Positions 1-10,568 of a stretch of DNA of 64,000 nt are shown here, piece by piece. Source of the stretch: Candidatus Nitrospinota bacterium M3_3B_026. Its GTDB lineage: Bacteria; Nitrospinota_A; UBA7883; JBPRGF01. Both the position numbers and the translations under genes were made by a program. The first letter of the stretch is position 1. Each line of letters opens with the position of its first letter. The stretch lies in contig JBPRGF010000023.1 of the NCBI GenBank assembly GCA_051418015.1, positions 172,127-236,126 of the forward strand. Reading direction: 5' to 3'. The notes under the pieces were generated by a model that saw nothing but the letters and a program-made list of their open reading frames with translations, was not told the DNA's origin and did no database searches.

Positions 1-107
1 TGGCGGCGGAGACGATCGGGGAAGCCGTCGCGCCCGGCCCGTGGGGATGGCTTTTCGTCGAGAGGCGCGAGGACCTGCCCGCCTTTTTCGCCTCCTATTT
101 CGGGGGT

Positions 108-887
108 ATGGCTCTTTTCTTCATAATCATGGTTCCCATCCTTCTCGTCATCACGGCTGTCCTGTTCATGGTCAGCTTCCGGGCAGGGCTGGCGGCCGCC
201 GGGGCGGCCTACGTCATCCCCTTCGCCGGAGCGCCCGTCCTGCTTGGCAGGCTGGCGGGATCGTTCGTCGCCGCCGAGGAGTCCGGCCCCGTGGAGGCTG
301 GCGGGGCGGCGCCGGGGGGCGCGCTGACGGACATCAAGGACGACTTCTCTATAAAAAGGGCGGTGGAGCAAATCAGCCAAAAGGCCGAGACGGACATCAT
401 CACCGCGATCAGGGAGGCCGAGGAGCTGCGCGCCTCGCACCAGGACAACCCCGTCGTGCTGGCGGAGCTGAGCAGGCTGTACATGAAAAAGGGCGAGGGG
501 GAGAACGCCCTGCTGACCGGGAGGGTCGCCGTCAGCCGCGCCCTGGCGATGGGGTTGAACGACGAGGCGGTCAAAACGTTCCAGGCCCTCGGGAAGCTCC
601 GGGGCAAGCTCAAGCTCGAGGCCAAGGAGTTCGAAAAGCTCGCCAGGAGCTTTGTGCCCCGGGGCATGTTCGACGAGGCGGTCTGGTGTTTCCGCGCCAG
701 CGCCGCCTCGGGAGGGGACAAGATCAGGATACAGAAAGGGATCATCTCCGTTGCGGAGGCGGCCGCCCGGGCGGGGAACGCGAAAAAGGCAATGGCGGTT
801 TACGCCTTTTTCATAAAGAGCTTTCCGGATTCGGAGTTCCTGGGGTATTGCAAAAACGAGTACAAAAAGCTCAACGCCGGCAAGTAG
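108..887 (+). CDS. hypothetical membrane-anchored protein (N-terminal TM helix, Ala/Glu-rich helical C-terminus)
   Basis: ORF of 259 aa with hydrophobic N-terminus MALFFIIMVPILLVITAVLF. The overlapping 41..922 ORF is an Arg/Gly-rich alternative frame. No family recognised. Confidence 0.45.
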   Translation: MALFFIIMVPILLVITAVLFMVSFRAGLAAAGAAYVIPFAGAPVLLGRLAGSFVAAEESGPVEAGGAAPGGALTDIKDDFSIKRAVEQISQKAETDIITAIREAEELRASHQDNPVVLAELSRLYMKKGEGENALLTGRVAVSRALAMGLNDEAVKTFQALGKLRGKLKLEAKEFEKLARSFVPRGMFDEAVWCFRASAASGGDKIRIQKGIISVAEAAARAGNAKKAMAVYAFFIKSFPDSEFLGYCKNEYKKLNAGK

Positions 888-905
888 ACCCCTGCGCCGG
901 ACAGG

Positions 906-1625
906 CTACGAGAAGACCATGACGAACCCCACGGCCAGCAGCAGCGCGTGGACGATCTTCCTGAAGGACTCCTGGTCCACCCTGTCGTAGAGCGCCGCGC
1001 CGGAAAACGCCCCCAGCGCCACAAAGGGGGCCAGGATCAAAAACCACGAGACCGTCTTCATCGACGAGACGCCCGCCATGGCGTGGGCGGCGACGATTAT
1101 CACCTGGTTGATGATGAAAAACCCGGTCAGGGTGGCCTTGAAGCTGTCCCCGCCCCAGCCACGCAGCGAGCCGTAGATGACGACCGGCGGGCCGCCTGTG
1201 TTTATCGCCCCGCTGAAAAAACCCGACAGAAAACCGAAGACATAGCCCGCCCTCTCGTTCATGGCGACTTCCAGATCCTTCGCGAAAAGGGCGAACAGCG
1301 AGTAGACGACAAGGATGAAGCCCAGGATCAGCCTTATGATAGTCTCATCGTGGCTCACGAGGATATACAGCCCCAACGGTATCCCCGGCAGCGCTCCCGC
1401 CGCCAGGCGCAGAATCCGCCCGCCATCCATGTCCCGCCACGTCTTCACCGTCATGAAGACAAGCAGCGCCAGGGCGACAAGCGCTACAAGCGGTATCGCC
1501 TTTTTCACCCCCAGCAGGAGTGTAAGAAGAGGCACGGCGACCATCCCGGCGCCGAACCCCGTCAGACCCTGTATGAGGCCCGCGGCGAAAACCACCAGGA
1601 CGGCGAGCGTGATCTGAGCAGTCAT
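906..1625 (-). CDS. TauE/SafE (TSUP) family sulfite/anion exporter-like membrane protein
   Basis: 239 aa, multi-TM, with the Gly-rich motifs typical of the TSUP family (GLIQGLTGFGAGMVAVPLL ... FLSGFFSGAINTGGP). Confidence 0.75.
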   Translation of the reverse strand: MTAQITLAVLVVFAAGLIQGLTGFGAGMVAVPLLTLLLGVKKAIPLVALVALALLVFMTVKTWRDMDGGRILRLAAGALPGIPLGLYILVSHDETIIRLILGFILVVYSLFALFAKDLEVAMNERAGYVFGFLSGFFSGAINTGGPPVVIYGSLRGWGGDSFKATLTGFFIINQVIIVAAHAMAGVSSMKTVSWFLILAPFVALGAFSGAALYDRVDQESFRKIVHALLLAVGFVMVFS

Positions 1626-1685
1626 GGGCGGAAAAAAAGCGGAGGGGAAGCTCGCCGCGAAGGCGATGTGTGGCGGAGCCGCGCT

Positions 1686-2486
1686 TTACGGCCCATTCAT
1701 CCCTTTCCTGACGGATTTTACGAATCTTTCGAGGCCGCGGACGGCGGCGGCGGTGTTTTTCGCTTCTCTTATCACCCGGATGGCCTGCGAGCCTATGACT
1801 ATGCCGTCGGCCTTCCCCGCAAGCTCCCTGGCCTGCTCCGGCCCGGTGACGCCGAACCCGGCGACGACCGGAAGCCTCGACACCTTTTTAAGCCTCGATA
1901 GCCCCCTGGCCGCCTCCCTGGGGACGGCGGACTGCTTGCCCGTTATGCCGCGGACGTTGATGTAATAGACAAACCCCGTCGACCTGGCGGCGATCTTTTT
2001 AAGACGCCTGTCCGTGGAGGTGGGCGCGGCGAGGATTGTGTAATCGAGCCCCGACCGGCGAGCCGCCGGGCGAAACTGTTCCGCCTCGTCCACGGGGACG
2101 TCAGGCAGGATCAGCCCATCCACACCCGCAGAGGCGCTCTCCTTCATGAACTTTTCAACGCCGCGCCGCAGGACAAGGTTGGCCGACAGCATGAAAACCA
2201 GCGGGACATCGCTCCTTTTTCGTATCGCCCGGACAACCCCGAGGGTTTTATCCAGGTTGGCCCCCTTTTTGATGGCTCTCTGGAAGGACTCCTGGATCAC
2301 GGGCCCGTCCGCCAGCGGGTCGGAGAAGGGGACGCCGATCTCGACTATGTCCGCCCCGGCTTCGTGGGCGGCCACGGCCAGGTCGGCCGTCGCCTTCAGG
2401 CCGGGATCACCGGCGGGGAGGAATATCACCAGCGCCTTGCGCCTGTCCTCCCTCAGCCTCGCGAAGGTTTTTTGGATTCCGCTCAT
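1686..2486 (-). CDS. trpA: tryptophan synthase alpha subunit
   Basis: 266 aa with a TrpA-like N-terminus ([28 protein letters not shown]). Its ATG overlaps the trpB stop (ATGA). Confidence 0.9.
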   Translation of the reverse strand: MSGIQKTFARLREDRRKALVIFLPAGDPGLKATADLAVAAHEAGADIVEIGVPFSDPLADGPVIQESFQRAIKKGANLDKTLGVVRAIRKRSDVPLVFMLSANLVLRRGVEKFMKESASAGVDGLILPDVPVDEAEQFRPAARRSGLDYTILAAPTSTDRRLKKIAARSTGFVYYINVRGITGKQSAVPREAARGLSRLKKVSRLPVVAGFGVTGPEQARELAGKADGIVIGSQAIRVIREAKNTAAAVRGLERFVKSVRKGMNGP

Positions 2487-3676
2487 CGATCCCCCTTGCC
2501 GAGGCTCTTTTGAACCACTTCCACGTCCTTGTCGCCCCGCCCGGAGAGGCAGACCACCATCAGGTCGCTCTTTTTCATCTTCGGCGCCTGCCTCATGGCG
2601 TAGGCGATGGCGTGGGCGGACTCCAGCGCGGGCAGTATCCCCTCCAGCCTGGTGAGTTTTTCAAACGCCGCGAGCGCCTGCCTGTCGGTCACGGAGACAT
2701 ACTCGGCCCTGCCCGTCTCCTTGTACCAGGCGTGCTCCGGGCCGACGCCGGGATAGTCCAGCCCCGCGGAGATGGAGTGGGTCTCCATTATCTGCCCGTC
2801 CCTGTCCTGCAGCACGTAGCTTCTTGCCCCGTGCAGGACACCCTCACGCCCGCGGGCTAGCGACGCGCCGTGGCGGCCAGTGGAAAGCCCCTCACCCGCC
2901 GCCTCGACGCCGGCCATGGCCACCTCGCCATCGTCATGGAAGGGATGAAAAAGCCCCATGGCGTTCGACCCTCCCCCCACGCACGCCACCAGCATGTTCG
3001 GGAGCCTGCCCTCCTTGGCGAGTATCTGGAACTTCGTCTCGTGCCCTATGACGGACTGGAACTCCCGCACGATCTTCGGGAAAGGGTGGGGGCCGACGAC
3101 GGAGCCGAGTATGTAGTGCGTGTCGTTGACCGATGCTATCCAGTCGCGGATCGCCTCGCTGGTGGCGTCCTTCAGCGTCTTCGTCCCCGTGTCCACCTTG
3201 ATGACCCGCGCGCCCAGGAGCTCCATGCGGAAGACGTTCAGCCTCTGCCGCTCCATGTCCTTCGCGCCCATGTAGACGTCGCACTCCAGCCCCAGGAGAG
3301 CCGCCGCCGTGGCCGTGGCGACGCCGTGCTGGCCCGCGCCCGTCTCTGCTATGACTCTTTTCTTGCCCATGGCCTCAGCCAGCAGGGCCTGGCCCACGGT
3401 GTTGTTTATCTTGTGCGCGCCGGTGTGGTTCAGGTCCTCCCGTTTCAGGTATATCTTCGCGCCGCCGCAATGGCCGGTGAGCCTTCTGGCGAGGTAAAGC
3501 GGCGTGGGCCTGCCTATGTAGGTGGAGCGGAGGCGGTCCAGCCTCCTGCGAAACCTGGGCGAGCGCATGGCCCGCTCGAACTGCCTGTCCAGCTCCTCCA
3601 GGGCGGGCATGAGCGTCTCTATGACGTACCTGCCGCCAAAAGAGCCGAAATGACCGTGAGAGTCGGGTAAAGCCAT
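2483..3676 (-). CDS. trpB: tryptophan synthase beta subunit (PLP-dependent)
   Basis: TrpB motifs are present ([37 protein letters not shown]). The ORF call runs to 4000 through a spurious N-terminal extension. The true start, [10 protein letters not shown], is at 3676. Confidence 0.9.
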   Translation of the reverse strand: MALPDSHGHFGSFGGRYVIETLMPALEELDRQFERAMRSPRFRRRLDRLRSTYIGRPTPLYLARRLTGHCGGAKIYLKREDLNHTGAHKINNTVGQALLAEAMGKKRVIAETGAGQHGVATATAAALLGLECDVYMGAKDMERQRLNVFRMELLGARVIKVDTGTKTLKDATSEAIRDWIASVNDTHYILGSVVGPHPFPKIVREFQSVIGHETKFQILAKEGRLPNMLVACVGGGSNAMGLFHPFHDDGEVAMAGVEAAGEGLSTGRHGASLARGREGVLHGARSYVLQDRDGQIMETHSISAGLDYPGVGPEHAWYKETGRAEYVSVTDRQALAAFEKLTRLEGILPALESAHAIAYAMRQAPKMKKSDLMVVCLSGRGDKDVEVVQKSLGKGDR

Positions 3677-3914
3677 CAATTCCTCGCCGCGGGAAAAAAG
3701 AAGTGAGTTTACACCTCTCCCGGAGTAATGTAAAGGATTATGGTTTTTTGCAAATCTCACGGTAATACAGGAAGTTGAAGTTTCACCTGCCGTGGCGGGC
3801 CGCCGTCCCCCACTTTTGCTTTTTTTTCGTTTCGCTTTCCGGCCTTTGGATATATAATAAGTCCCCGGATGCGGGCAAAGGCGGCAATTCAGCCATTTTT
3901 TTTCAGGAGGGCCG

Positions 3915-4967
3915 ATGGCCAGAGCGACAGACGAGAGGCAGAAGGCGTTGGGCAACGCTTTCGCCCAGATAGAAAAACAGTTCGGAAAGGGCGCCATCAT
4001 GCGCCTAGGCGACGGTGGGGATCACGCCCAGCCCCTGAACGTCATCTCCACCGGCTCGCTTTCCATAGACCACGCCCTTGGGATAGGCGGGTTTCCCCGG
4101 GGGAGAGTGGTGGAGGTCTTCGGGCCGGAATCCTCCGGCAAGACGACCCTCACCCTGCACGTTATCGCCCAGGCGCAAAGAAACGGCGGCGCGGCGGCGT
4201 TCATAGACGCCGAGCACGCCTTCGACCCGGTCTACGCGGGCAACCTGGGGGTGGACATCGACAACCTCATCATCTCCCAGCCGGACAACGGCGAGCAGGC
4301 CCTCGAGATCGCCGAGACTCTTGTCCGCTCCGGCGCGGTGGACGTGATAGTCATAGATTCCGTCGCGGCCCTCGTGCCGAAGTCGGAGCTGGAGGGGGAC
4401 ATGGGCGACCCCCAGATGGGGATGCAGGCCCGCCTGATGAGCCAGGCCCTGCGCAAGCTCACGGCGGTGATATCGAAATCCAAGACCAGCCTGGTGTTCA
4501 TCAACCAGATACGGCAGAAGATAGGTGTCACCTTCGGCAACCCGGAGACGACCACCGGCGGCAACGCCCTGAAGTTCTACTCCTCGGTCAGGGTGGACAT
4601 CCGCCGGCTGGCCTCCTTGAAAGACGGCGGGGACGTTATAGGCCACAGGACAAAGGTGAAAGTGGTGAAAAACAAGCTCGCTCCGCCCTTCCGCAACGCC
4701 GAGGTGGACATGGTGTTCGGCGAAGGGATATCGAGAGAAGGCGACATCGTGGACCTTGGCGTGGTCCACGGGATAATACAGAAATCCGGGGCCTGGTTCT
4801 CCTGCGGCGACGAGAGGATAGGACAGGGCAAGGAGAACGCCAAGAAGTTTTTGAGGGAATACCCGGAGATGGCCCTGGAGATAGAGAAAAAGCTGAGGGA
4901 GAAACTGGGCCTGCCCAGCCTGGAGGCCGTCTCCGAGAAGACCGAGGCGGCCGCCGAGGCCGAGTAG
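3915..4967 (+). CDS. recA: recombinase RecA
   Basis: 350 aa with Walker [11 protein letters not shown], and a canonical RecA sequence throughout. AGGAGG RBS sits 6 nt upstream. Confidence 0.95.
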   Translation: MARATDERQKALGNAFAQIEKQFGKGAIMRLGDGGDHAQPLNVISTGSLSIDHALGIGGFPRGRVVEVFGPESSGKTTLTLHVIAQAQRNGGAAAFIDAEHAFDPVYAGNLGVDIDNLIISQPDNGEQALEIAETLVRSGAVDVIVIDSVAALVPKSELEGDMGDPQMGMQARLMSQALRKLTAVISKSKTSLVFINQIRQKIGVTFGNPETTTGGNALKFYSSVRVDIRRLASLKDGGDVIGHRTKVKVVKNKLAPPFRNAEVDMVFGEGISREGDIVDLGVVHGIIQKSGAWFSCGDERIGQGKENAKKFLREYPEMALEIEKKLREKLGLPSLEAVSEKTEAAAEAE

Positions 4968-4977
4968 TATTTTCAGC

Positions 4978-5484
4978 GTGGCCCGGAGGCGCGCCCCCAG
5001 GTCCTGCATGGACCATGCCCTGGCCCTGCTCGCAAGAAGGCCCCACTCCGTCCGCGAGATCGAGAAAAAGCTCGGGGAGAAGGGGCACGGCCGGGAGGAG
5101 ATAGACGCGGCTGTCAAAAGGCTCCTTGGCCTCGGCTATCTCGACGACGAATCCGTCTGCCGGGACTATGCCTCCTCGCGCGTCCGCAGGGCCCGCGTCG
5201 GGCCGGCGCGGCTGAGGATGGACCTCGCCCGCAAGGGTTTCGAAAAAGGGCTGATCAAAAGGACGCTGGAGGAGGTCTACGGCGAAGAGGGGGCCGAGCT
5301 TGCCATAGCCCGCCGCGCGGCGGCGAGGAAGGCCCGGTCGCTGAAACAGGGTCTTGGCAGGGACGAGATGAAGATAAAAATTTTCGATCACCTGGCGCGC
5401 AGGGGTTTCAGGATGGAGACGGCGCGCAGGCTCGCCCTTGATGAGTTTGACGAGATCCTGAGGCGGGCGGAGGAGAACGGATGA
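4978..5484 (+). CDS. recX: recombination regulator RecX
   Basis: 168 aa directly downstream of recA. Has a RecX-like helical repeat sequence (ALALLARRPHSVREIEKKL). Confidence 0.8.
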   Translation: MARRRAPRSCMDHALALLARRPHSVREIEKKLGEKGHGREEIDAAVKRLLGLGYLDDESVCRDYASSRVRRARVGPARLRMDLARKGFEKGLIKRTLEEVYGEEGAELAIARRAAARKARSLKQGLGRDEMKIKIFDHLARRGFRMETARRLALDEFDEILRRAEENG

Positions 5485-6257
5485 GCGATCTTCCTTCGTG
5501 GTATCTCCATATCTCCGCCTTTATCCTCGGGGCCTGCGTGGGCAGCTTCCTGAACGTGGTGATATACCGCCTGCCCATGGGCAAGTCGCTCGTCCGCCCG
5601 GGGTCCGGCTGCCCGGAGTGCGGCTCGCCGGTCCGGGCGATGGACAACGTGCCCATACTAAGCTGGCTTGTCCTGATGGGGCTGTGCCGCGACTGCGGCG
5701 CGCCGATATCGGCGAGGTACATCCTCGTGGAGCTTCTGACCGGCGTCCTGACGCTGGCCGTTGTCGTCATCCACGGCGCGGGCCCGGAGGCGCTTTTCTA
5801 TCTAGTCCTGGCGTGGTGCCTGGTGGCCGTCACGTTCATCGACCTCGAGTTCCAGATCATCCCCGACGAGCTTAGCGTGGGCGGCGTGGCGGCGGGGTTG
5901 CTGGCTTCGTCCTTTCTTTCGATGGGGCTGAAAGGCGCCCTCCTCGGCGTTCTGGCAGGCGGTGGGATATTCTTCGCCCTGGCCATAGCCTACCCCGGCG
6001 GGATGGGCGGCGGCGATATAAAGCTCATGGCGGCGATCGGCGCGTTCCTGGGCTGGAAACTGGCCCTGCTCACCATCGTGACAGGCTCGGTCCTCGGCGC
6101 CGCCGCGGGGCTTTCGGCGATGGCCTTTTTCGGCAAGGGGAGAAAAAGCAGGATACCCTTCGGCCCGTTCCTGGCTGCGGGAGGGATCGTCTCCATCCTG
6201 TGGGGGGAGCGGATCATCGGGGCCTACCTCGCCGCCTTTGGCCCCGGCACGGGCTGA
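5481..6257 (+). CDS. pilD: type IV prepilin peptidase (A24 family)
   Basis: Has the N-terminal Cys box (CPECGSPV ... CRDCGAPI), polytopic membrane segments and a GGGDIKLMAAIGAFLG motif. Overlaps the recX stop. Confidence 0.85.
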   Translation: MSDLPSWYLHISAFILGACVGSFLNVVIYRLPMGKSLVRPGSGCPECGSPVRAMDNVPILSWLVLMGLCRDCGAPISARYILVELLTGVLTLAVVVIHGAGPEALFYLVLAWCLVAVTFIDLEFQIIPDELSVGGVAAGLLASSFLSMGLKGALLGVLAGGGIFFALAIAYPGGMGGGDIKLMAAIGAFLGWKLALLTIVTGSVLGAAAGLSAMAFFGKGRKSRIPFGPFLAAGGIVSILWGERIIGAYLAAFGPGTG

Positions 6258-6300
6258 CGGACGCCCGGCCCCGTTCGACCGCCCCTGTTGTCATTCTGAG

Positions 6301-6328
6301 GCGCAAGCCGAAGAATCCCGCCGTGCCT
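6301..6328. repeat. partial copy of the same repeat motif
   Basis: GTCATTCTGAGGCGCAAGCCGAAGAATC, between the convergent pilD and cobA-hemD genes. Confidence 0.4.
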
Positions 6329-6343
6329 GACGTGGACGCGGCT

Positions 6344-7882
6344 CTACCTCACCCCGGCGCCGAAATGGCGCTCGATGGCTCCCGCCAGTGCGGCCGTGGT
6401 GAAATCTTTCGGCTCGATCACGGGGTTCAATCCAAGCTTGCGGGCGGTCTCCGAGGTGATCGGCCCGATAGAGGCCACCGTCACGCCTTCCATCAGCCGC
6501 GCCGCCTCATCCTTGCCCCACATCTGGACGAAGTTCTGGACGGTGGAGGAGGAGGTGAACGTCACAACGTCTATCAGGCCCTCCTCGAACATTTTGCGGA
6601 CCTCTTCCTTGCGCTCTTCGGGTTTGATGGTGACGTAGGCCTCGGCGATGGTCACCTCCGCGCCAAGCTCGCCGAGTTTTTCCGGCAGGACCTCCCGGGC
6701 CACTTTCGCGCGGGGGATGAGTATCTTTTTACCCTTGAGGTCCTCGGCGCCCAGCCCTTCTATGATCGCCTCGGCGCGATATTCCGCCGGCAAAAGATCG
6801 ACCCGCACGCCGAGGCTCTCCACCGCCTCCGCGGTCTTCGGCCCGATGCCGCAGACTTTCAGTCCCTTAAGGTCTCGTATGTCCATGCCGCGCTCTTTCA
6901 GCCGCTCGACGAAGAACTTTACGCCGTTGACGGAGGTGAAGATTATCCAGTCATAATCCGCGAGTCTGTCAAGGGCGGCGTCGAGGCTGTCCCAGGACTC
7001 CGGCTTCACGGTCTCTATGGTGGGGAACTCTATGACGTCCGCGCCGCGCTCAGCCAGCATGGCGGCGAAATCCGAGGCCTGCTCGCGCGCCCTGGTCACC
7101 ACTATTTTCCTGCCGAACAATGGTTTTCGCTCGAACCAGTCGAGCTCCTCCTTGAGCTCCACCACGCCGCCGACGACGGTTATGGCGGGGGGTTTTATGT
7201 TCGCCTCCCTGACCTTGTCCACTATATCCGCCAGCGTCCCGGTGACGGTCTTCTGCTCCGGCGTCGTCCCCCAGCGGATGACCGCGGCGGGAGTCTCGGC
7301 CGGGCGGCCGTGTTTGATGAGGTTCTCCACGATGTTCGGCAGGTTCTTGATCCCCATGTAAAAGACGAGGGTGCCCATGCCCGTGGCGATCCTGTCCCAG
7401 TGTATGTTCGACTCTTTTTTCGTGGGGTCCTCGTGCCCTGTTACGAAGGCGACGGTGGCCGTGTGATCGCGATGCGTGAGGGGTATCCCCGCGTAGGCCG
7501 CGCCCGCCGCGCCCGCCGTGACGCCGGGGACGACCTCGTAGCGCAGCCCGGCCCTGACAAGCTCCTGGGCCTCCTCTCCGCCGCGTCCGAAGATGAAAGG
7601 ATCTCCCCCCTTGAGCCGGGCCACGACCTTGCCCGCCCCGCAGCGGTCCACTATGATCTGGTTTATCTCGTCCTGGGTCTTAGTGTGGCTGCCGCCCTGT
7701 TTGCCGACGTATAAAATCTCCGCGTCCGGCCGGGCGCTCTCCAGCAGCTTCGGGCTGGCCAGGTAGTCATACACGATGACATCGGCGCGCTCGATGATCT
7801 CTTTTCCCTTCACCGTTATGAGGCCCGGGTCCCCCGGCCCCGCTCCGATGAGATAGACGATTCCTTTGGACGTTTGGGGCAT
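6344..7882 (-). CDS. cobA-hemD: bifunctional uroporphyrinogen-III C-methyltransferase / uroporphyrinogen-III synthase
   Basis: 512 aa. N-terminal SUMT motifs are present (VYLIGAGPGDPGLITVKG, GGDPFIFGRGGEE). The C-terminal half is HemD-like. Confidence 0.9.
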   Translation of the reverse strand: MPQTSKGIVYLIGAGPGDPGLITVKGKEIIERADVIVYDYLASPKLLESARPDAEILYVGKQGGSHTKTQDEINQIIVDRCGAGKVVARLKGGDPFIFGRGGEEAQELVRAGLRYEVVPGVTAGAAGAAYAGIPLTHRDHTATVAFVTGHEDPTKKESNIHWDRIATGMGTLVFYMGIKNLPNIVENLIKHGRPAETPAAVIRWGTTPEQKTVTGTLADIVDKVREANIKPPAITVVGGVVELKEELDWFERKPLFGRKIVVTRAREQASDFAAMLAERGADVIEFPTIETVKPESWDSLDAALDRLADYDWIIFTSVNGVKFFVERLKERGMDIRDLKGLKVCGIGPKTAEAVESLGVRVDLLPAEYRAEAIIEGLGAEDLKGKKILIPRAKVAREVLPEKLGELGAEVTIAEAYVTIKPEERKEEVRKMFEEGLIDVVTFTSSSTVQNFVQMWGKDEAARLMEGVTVASIGPITSETARKLGLNPVIEPKDFTTAALAGAIERHFGAGVR

Positions 7883-7949
7883 AAAATGTCTTTCCGAATG
7901 AAAATTTTAATTATAACGCACAGGGCCCGCCCGGAGCCTGCCCGCTCAA

Positions 7950-7987
7950 AACAAAAAAACCGGCGCCCGCTCTAAAAGGCGCCGGTT
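7950..7987 (-). terminator. rho-independent terminator downstream of rnpB (minus strand)
   Basis: 9-bp GC stem ACCGGCGCC/GGCGCCGGT with a 10-nt loop, followed on the minus strand by a U-tract (UUUUUUUGUUUUG). Confidence 0.5.
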
Positions 7988-7999
7988 CCCGTCAGTCAA

Positions 8000-8406
8000 T
8001 TTGAAGAGGCCGGCTGTAAGCCGGATCCTGTTCTCATCCCGCAGGATGAGCGACAGCCATTCATCTAGCCGCGCCGTTGCCGGCGCGGTCGAGCGGCCAA
8101 CCCGGAAGCTTTCGGGCGAGCAACCCTATACCCCTCGCGGGGGAACGCTTCCCTATTCGGCCTTGCGCCGGGTAGGGCTTGCCCTGCCGGCGATGTCACC
8201 ACCGCCGCGGTGAGCTCTTACCTCACCTTTTCACCCTTACTGCCGGAGGCCCGAAGGCCGCCGGTTAGCGGTATGTTTTCTGTGGCGCTTTCCCTGGGGT
8301 CGCCCCCGCTCCCCGTTAGGGAGTACCCTGCTCTGCGGCGTCCGGACTTTCCTCCCGCCGGCGATCCTGTGAAGGCGCCGGCCGGCGGCCGTCCACCGGC
8401 CTCTTC
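8000..8406 (-). ncRNA. rnpB: RNase P RNA, bacterial type A
   Basis: The reverse complement reads GAAGAGGCCGG...GGGAGGAAAGUCCGGAC...GGGUGAAAAGGUGAGGUAAGAGCUCACC...AGAUGAAUGGCUGUCGCUC...ACAGGAUCCGGCUUACAGCCGGCCUCUUC. These are the P1 pairing, the P4 GGAAAGUCCGG element and other universally conserved M1 RNA blocks. Confidence 0.9.
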
Positions 8407-8418
8407 ATAACTATTTTA

Positions 8419-9147
8419 CTACGTAACGCCCTTGCCAGTCTTCTCGCGCTCGAAATAGATGAACCTGCTGCAATGGGGGCAGCGGTGTATGTCGTCCGAC
8501 GTGCGGACGAGGTAGTAAAGCTGCGGCGGGATGAGCTGGTGGCATCCCTGGCACAGGTTGTCTCTGACCTGGACGACTCCCAGTCCCTCGCGGCTTTTCG
8601 AGACTCTCTCGTAGTTTTTGAGAACCGACGGGGTTATATTCGAAAGGATCGACTTCCGCTCGGCCAGCAGGGCGTCCAGCTCGGCGCGCTCCCGCGCCAT
8701 GACCGCCTCCTTCTCCGCCTTGACGGAGTTGAACTTCTTCTCCTCCTCCGCAACCTCCCCTTCCAGCGCCGCCCTGGCCGGGGCGCGGCTGTCGGTCTTT
8801 TCCATCAGCTCCAGCTGCTCATCCTCCATCCGCTTGATCCTGTTCTCGTACCCCTCCTGCTCCTTGAGGATGGCGCGGTACTCCACGTTGGTCTTCACCT
8901 GCGGAAGCTTGGCCTTGTCCTTGGCGATCTTCTCTTTAAGGTCGTCCACCTCTCTTTCGAGCTCTTTTCTCTTTTTCCCGTCCGCGTCCGTCTCCGCGTC
9001 GAACTCCGCGAGCCTGGCCCTTGCCTCCTCCAGCGCCGCGGAGGCCTGCTTGAGCTCTTCCGGGATGGATTTCAGGAGAGCCTCTTTTCCGGCGATCTTT
9101 GTGTCCAGTTTCTGGAGGGCTACGAGGCGTTCGAGATCGGCGTTCAT
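8419..9147 (-). CDS. zinc-ribbon domain protein (COG1579-like coiled coil with C-terminal C4 zinc ribbon)
   Basis: 242 aa. Long coiled coil, then CQGCHQLIPP...HRCPHCSRFIY. Confidence 0.65.
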   Translation of the reverse strand: MNADLERLVALQKLDTKIAGKEALLKSIPEELKQASAALEEARARLAEFDAETDADGKKRKELEREVDDLKEKIAKDKAKLPQVKTNVEYRAILKEQEGYENRIKRMEDEQLELMEKTDSRAPARAALEGEVAEEEKKFNSVKAEKEAVMARERAELDALLAERKSILSNITPSVLKNYERVSKSREGLGVVQVRDNLCQGCHQLIPPQLYYLVRTSDDIHRCPHCSRFIYFEREKTGKGVT

Positions 9148-9321
9148 ATATCCCGTTGGCGGTCCGTAATAAGCTTGCTCAGGAGAAAACCCAAAATATA
9201 CCGGATAAACGGAAAATTGTCAAAACATGGGATACCGTCCGCGCGTTTCAGCGCCGTCCCCGCATGGCGGACGAAGGGCTTCGCCCGAAGCCTCGGCCCC
9301 TCTTTGGCCGGGATGGGCGCG

Positions 9322-10449
9322 TCAGGCCGTGGCGCCGATCCCCGTCCCGGCCCTGTTCTTGTAGTCGCCCAGCAGGTATTTCTGGTCGCGGGTGATGAGG
9401 GTTATGGCCACGCCGCTTTTGCCGACGCGGCCGGTGCGGCCTATGCGGTGGACGTAGGTGGTGGGGTCCTCCGGCAGGCGGTAGTTTATGACCGTGGCGA
9501 TGTTGTCCACGTGTATGCCGCGGGCGGCGACATCCGTGGCCACGAGGACTTTTGTCTCGCCCTCCTTGAACTTTTTCATCACCTTGTCGCGCCGGGCCTG
9601 CCGGAAGTCGCCGTGGATCGCCTCAACGGAGAAACCATAGCCCGCCAGGCGCTCGGCGACGCTGTCCACCTCCCGCTTGGTGCGGCAGAAGATGAGGGTC
9701 TGCCCCTGTCCTTCGCGCTCCAGGGCGTCTATGAGAGCCTCGATCCTTTCGGAAGGATGGACCATGTGGAATATCTCCTCTATCCTGCCCCTTTCGGCCA
9801 CGGTGTCCTTTATCCTTATTATCTTCGGGCTGACCATGTGGTTGAAGGCTATGGCCAGGACCCTGTCCTCCATCGTCGCCGAGAGAAGGAAGGTCTGCCG
9901 CTCCTCGGGCAGAAAGCGCATGATCGCCTCCACGTCCTCGATAAAGCCCATGTTGAGCATTTCGTCCGCCTCGTCCAGGACAGCGAACTCCACGTGATCC
10001 AGCGACAATATTCCCCGGTCATGCAGGTCCAGGACGCGGCCCGGCGTCCCCACCACTATGTGCGCGCCCTTGCGGAGCCTGCGCGCCTGGTCCTCGACGG
10101 GCCGCCCCCCGACCACGGCGACGATGCGGCTTTTTCTGAGCTCGCCCAGCCTGCGGGCCTCGTCCCGGATCTGCGTGGCCAGCTCGCGGGTGGGGGCCAG
10201 AACAAGCGCCCTGGGATACCGCGGCCGACGGTCTTTTATGTTGGCGAGTATGGGCAGGGCGAAGGCGGCGGTCTTGCCCGTGCCGGTCCTGGCCTGGCCG
10301 ATCACGTCGCGCCCCTCCAGGGCGGGCGGGATGAACATCGCCTGGATCGGGGTGGGGGTTGCGTAACCCATTTTGGCCAGGGCGCCGTCCAGCTCCCAGC
10401 CCAGTCTGAAGTCGGCGAAGCTTGCGCGACGCTTTGTTGTTTCTGTCAC
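9322..10449 (-). CDS. DEAD-box ATP-dependent RNA helicase
   Basis: Q-motif (PTPIQAMFIP), Walker A (ARTGTGKTAAF), DEAD box (VLDEADEM), SAT motif and HRIGRTGR motif are all present. Confidence 0.9.
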   Translation of the reverse strand: MTETTKRRASFADFRLGWELDGALAKMGYATPTPIQAMFIPPALEGRDVIGQARTGTGKTAAFALPILANIKDRRPRYPRALVLAPTRELATQIRDEARRLGELRKSRIVAVVGGRPVEDQARRLRKGAHIVVGTPGRVLDLHDRGILSLDHVEFAVLDEADEMLNMGFIEDVEAIMRFLPEERQTFLLSATMEDRVLAIAFNHMVSPKIIRIKDTVAERGRIEEIFHMVHPSERIEALIDALEREGQGQTLIFCRTKREVDSVAERLAGYGFSVEAIHGDFRQARRDKVMKKFKEGETKVLVATDVAARGIHVDNIATVINYRLPEDPTTYVHRIGRTGRVGKSGVAITLITRDQKYLLGDYKNRAGTGIGATA

Positions 10450-10568
10450 TTGATAAGTCCGTTGAGTTTGAGATTCATGTAATATGGCGGATGAATAACA
10501 CCGCCTCGCCGGAGCGCCCGCTTGCGGGGCGCGATCCGGATTCTGTCAATGGCGGGGCGTTTCGGCCT

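Noticed and set aside
41-922. 293-aa Arg/Gly-rich ORF
   Set aside because: It is an alternative frame of the 108..887 gene. Its composition (R/G/P runs) is typical of out-of-frame translation of high-GC coding DNA.
3677-3914. Search for a LexA/SOS box upstream of recA
   Set aside because: There is no convincing match to the CTGT-N8-ACAG, Cheo-box or GGTT-N2-C-N4-G-N3-ACC consensus. There is only a weak CAGG-N14-CCTG inverted repeat and a weak TTTCGC-N17-TATAAT promoter-like element, both too weak to call.
2483-4000. 505-aa ORF call for trpB
   Set aside because: The first 108 codons are a spurious extension into the trpB–recA intergenic/promoter region. Homology starts at [10 protein letters not shown] (3676).
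6200-7714. 504-aa + strand ORF
   Set aside because: It is antisense to the well-supported cobA-hemD gene and has no recognisable motifs.
8001-8410. Two ORFs (70 and 66 aa) on the + strand
   Set aside because: They lie entirely within the minus-strand RNase P RNA gene.
8473-10482. 669-aa + strand ORF
   Set aside because: It is antisense to the zinc-ribbon and DEAD-box helicase genes. It is a GC-driven open frame.
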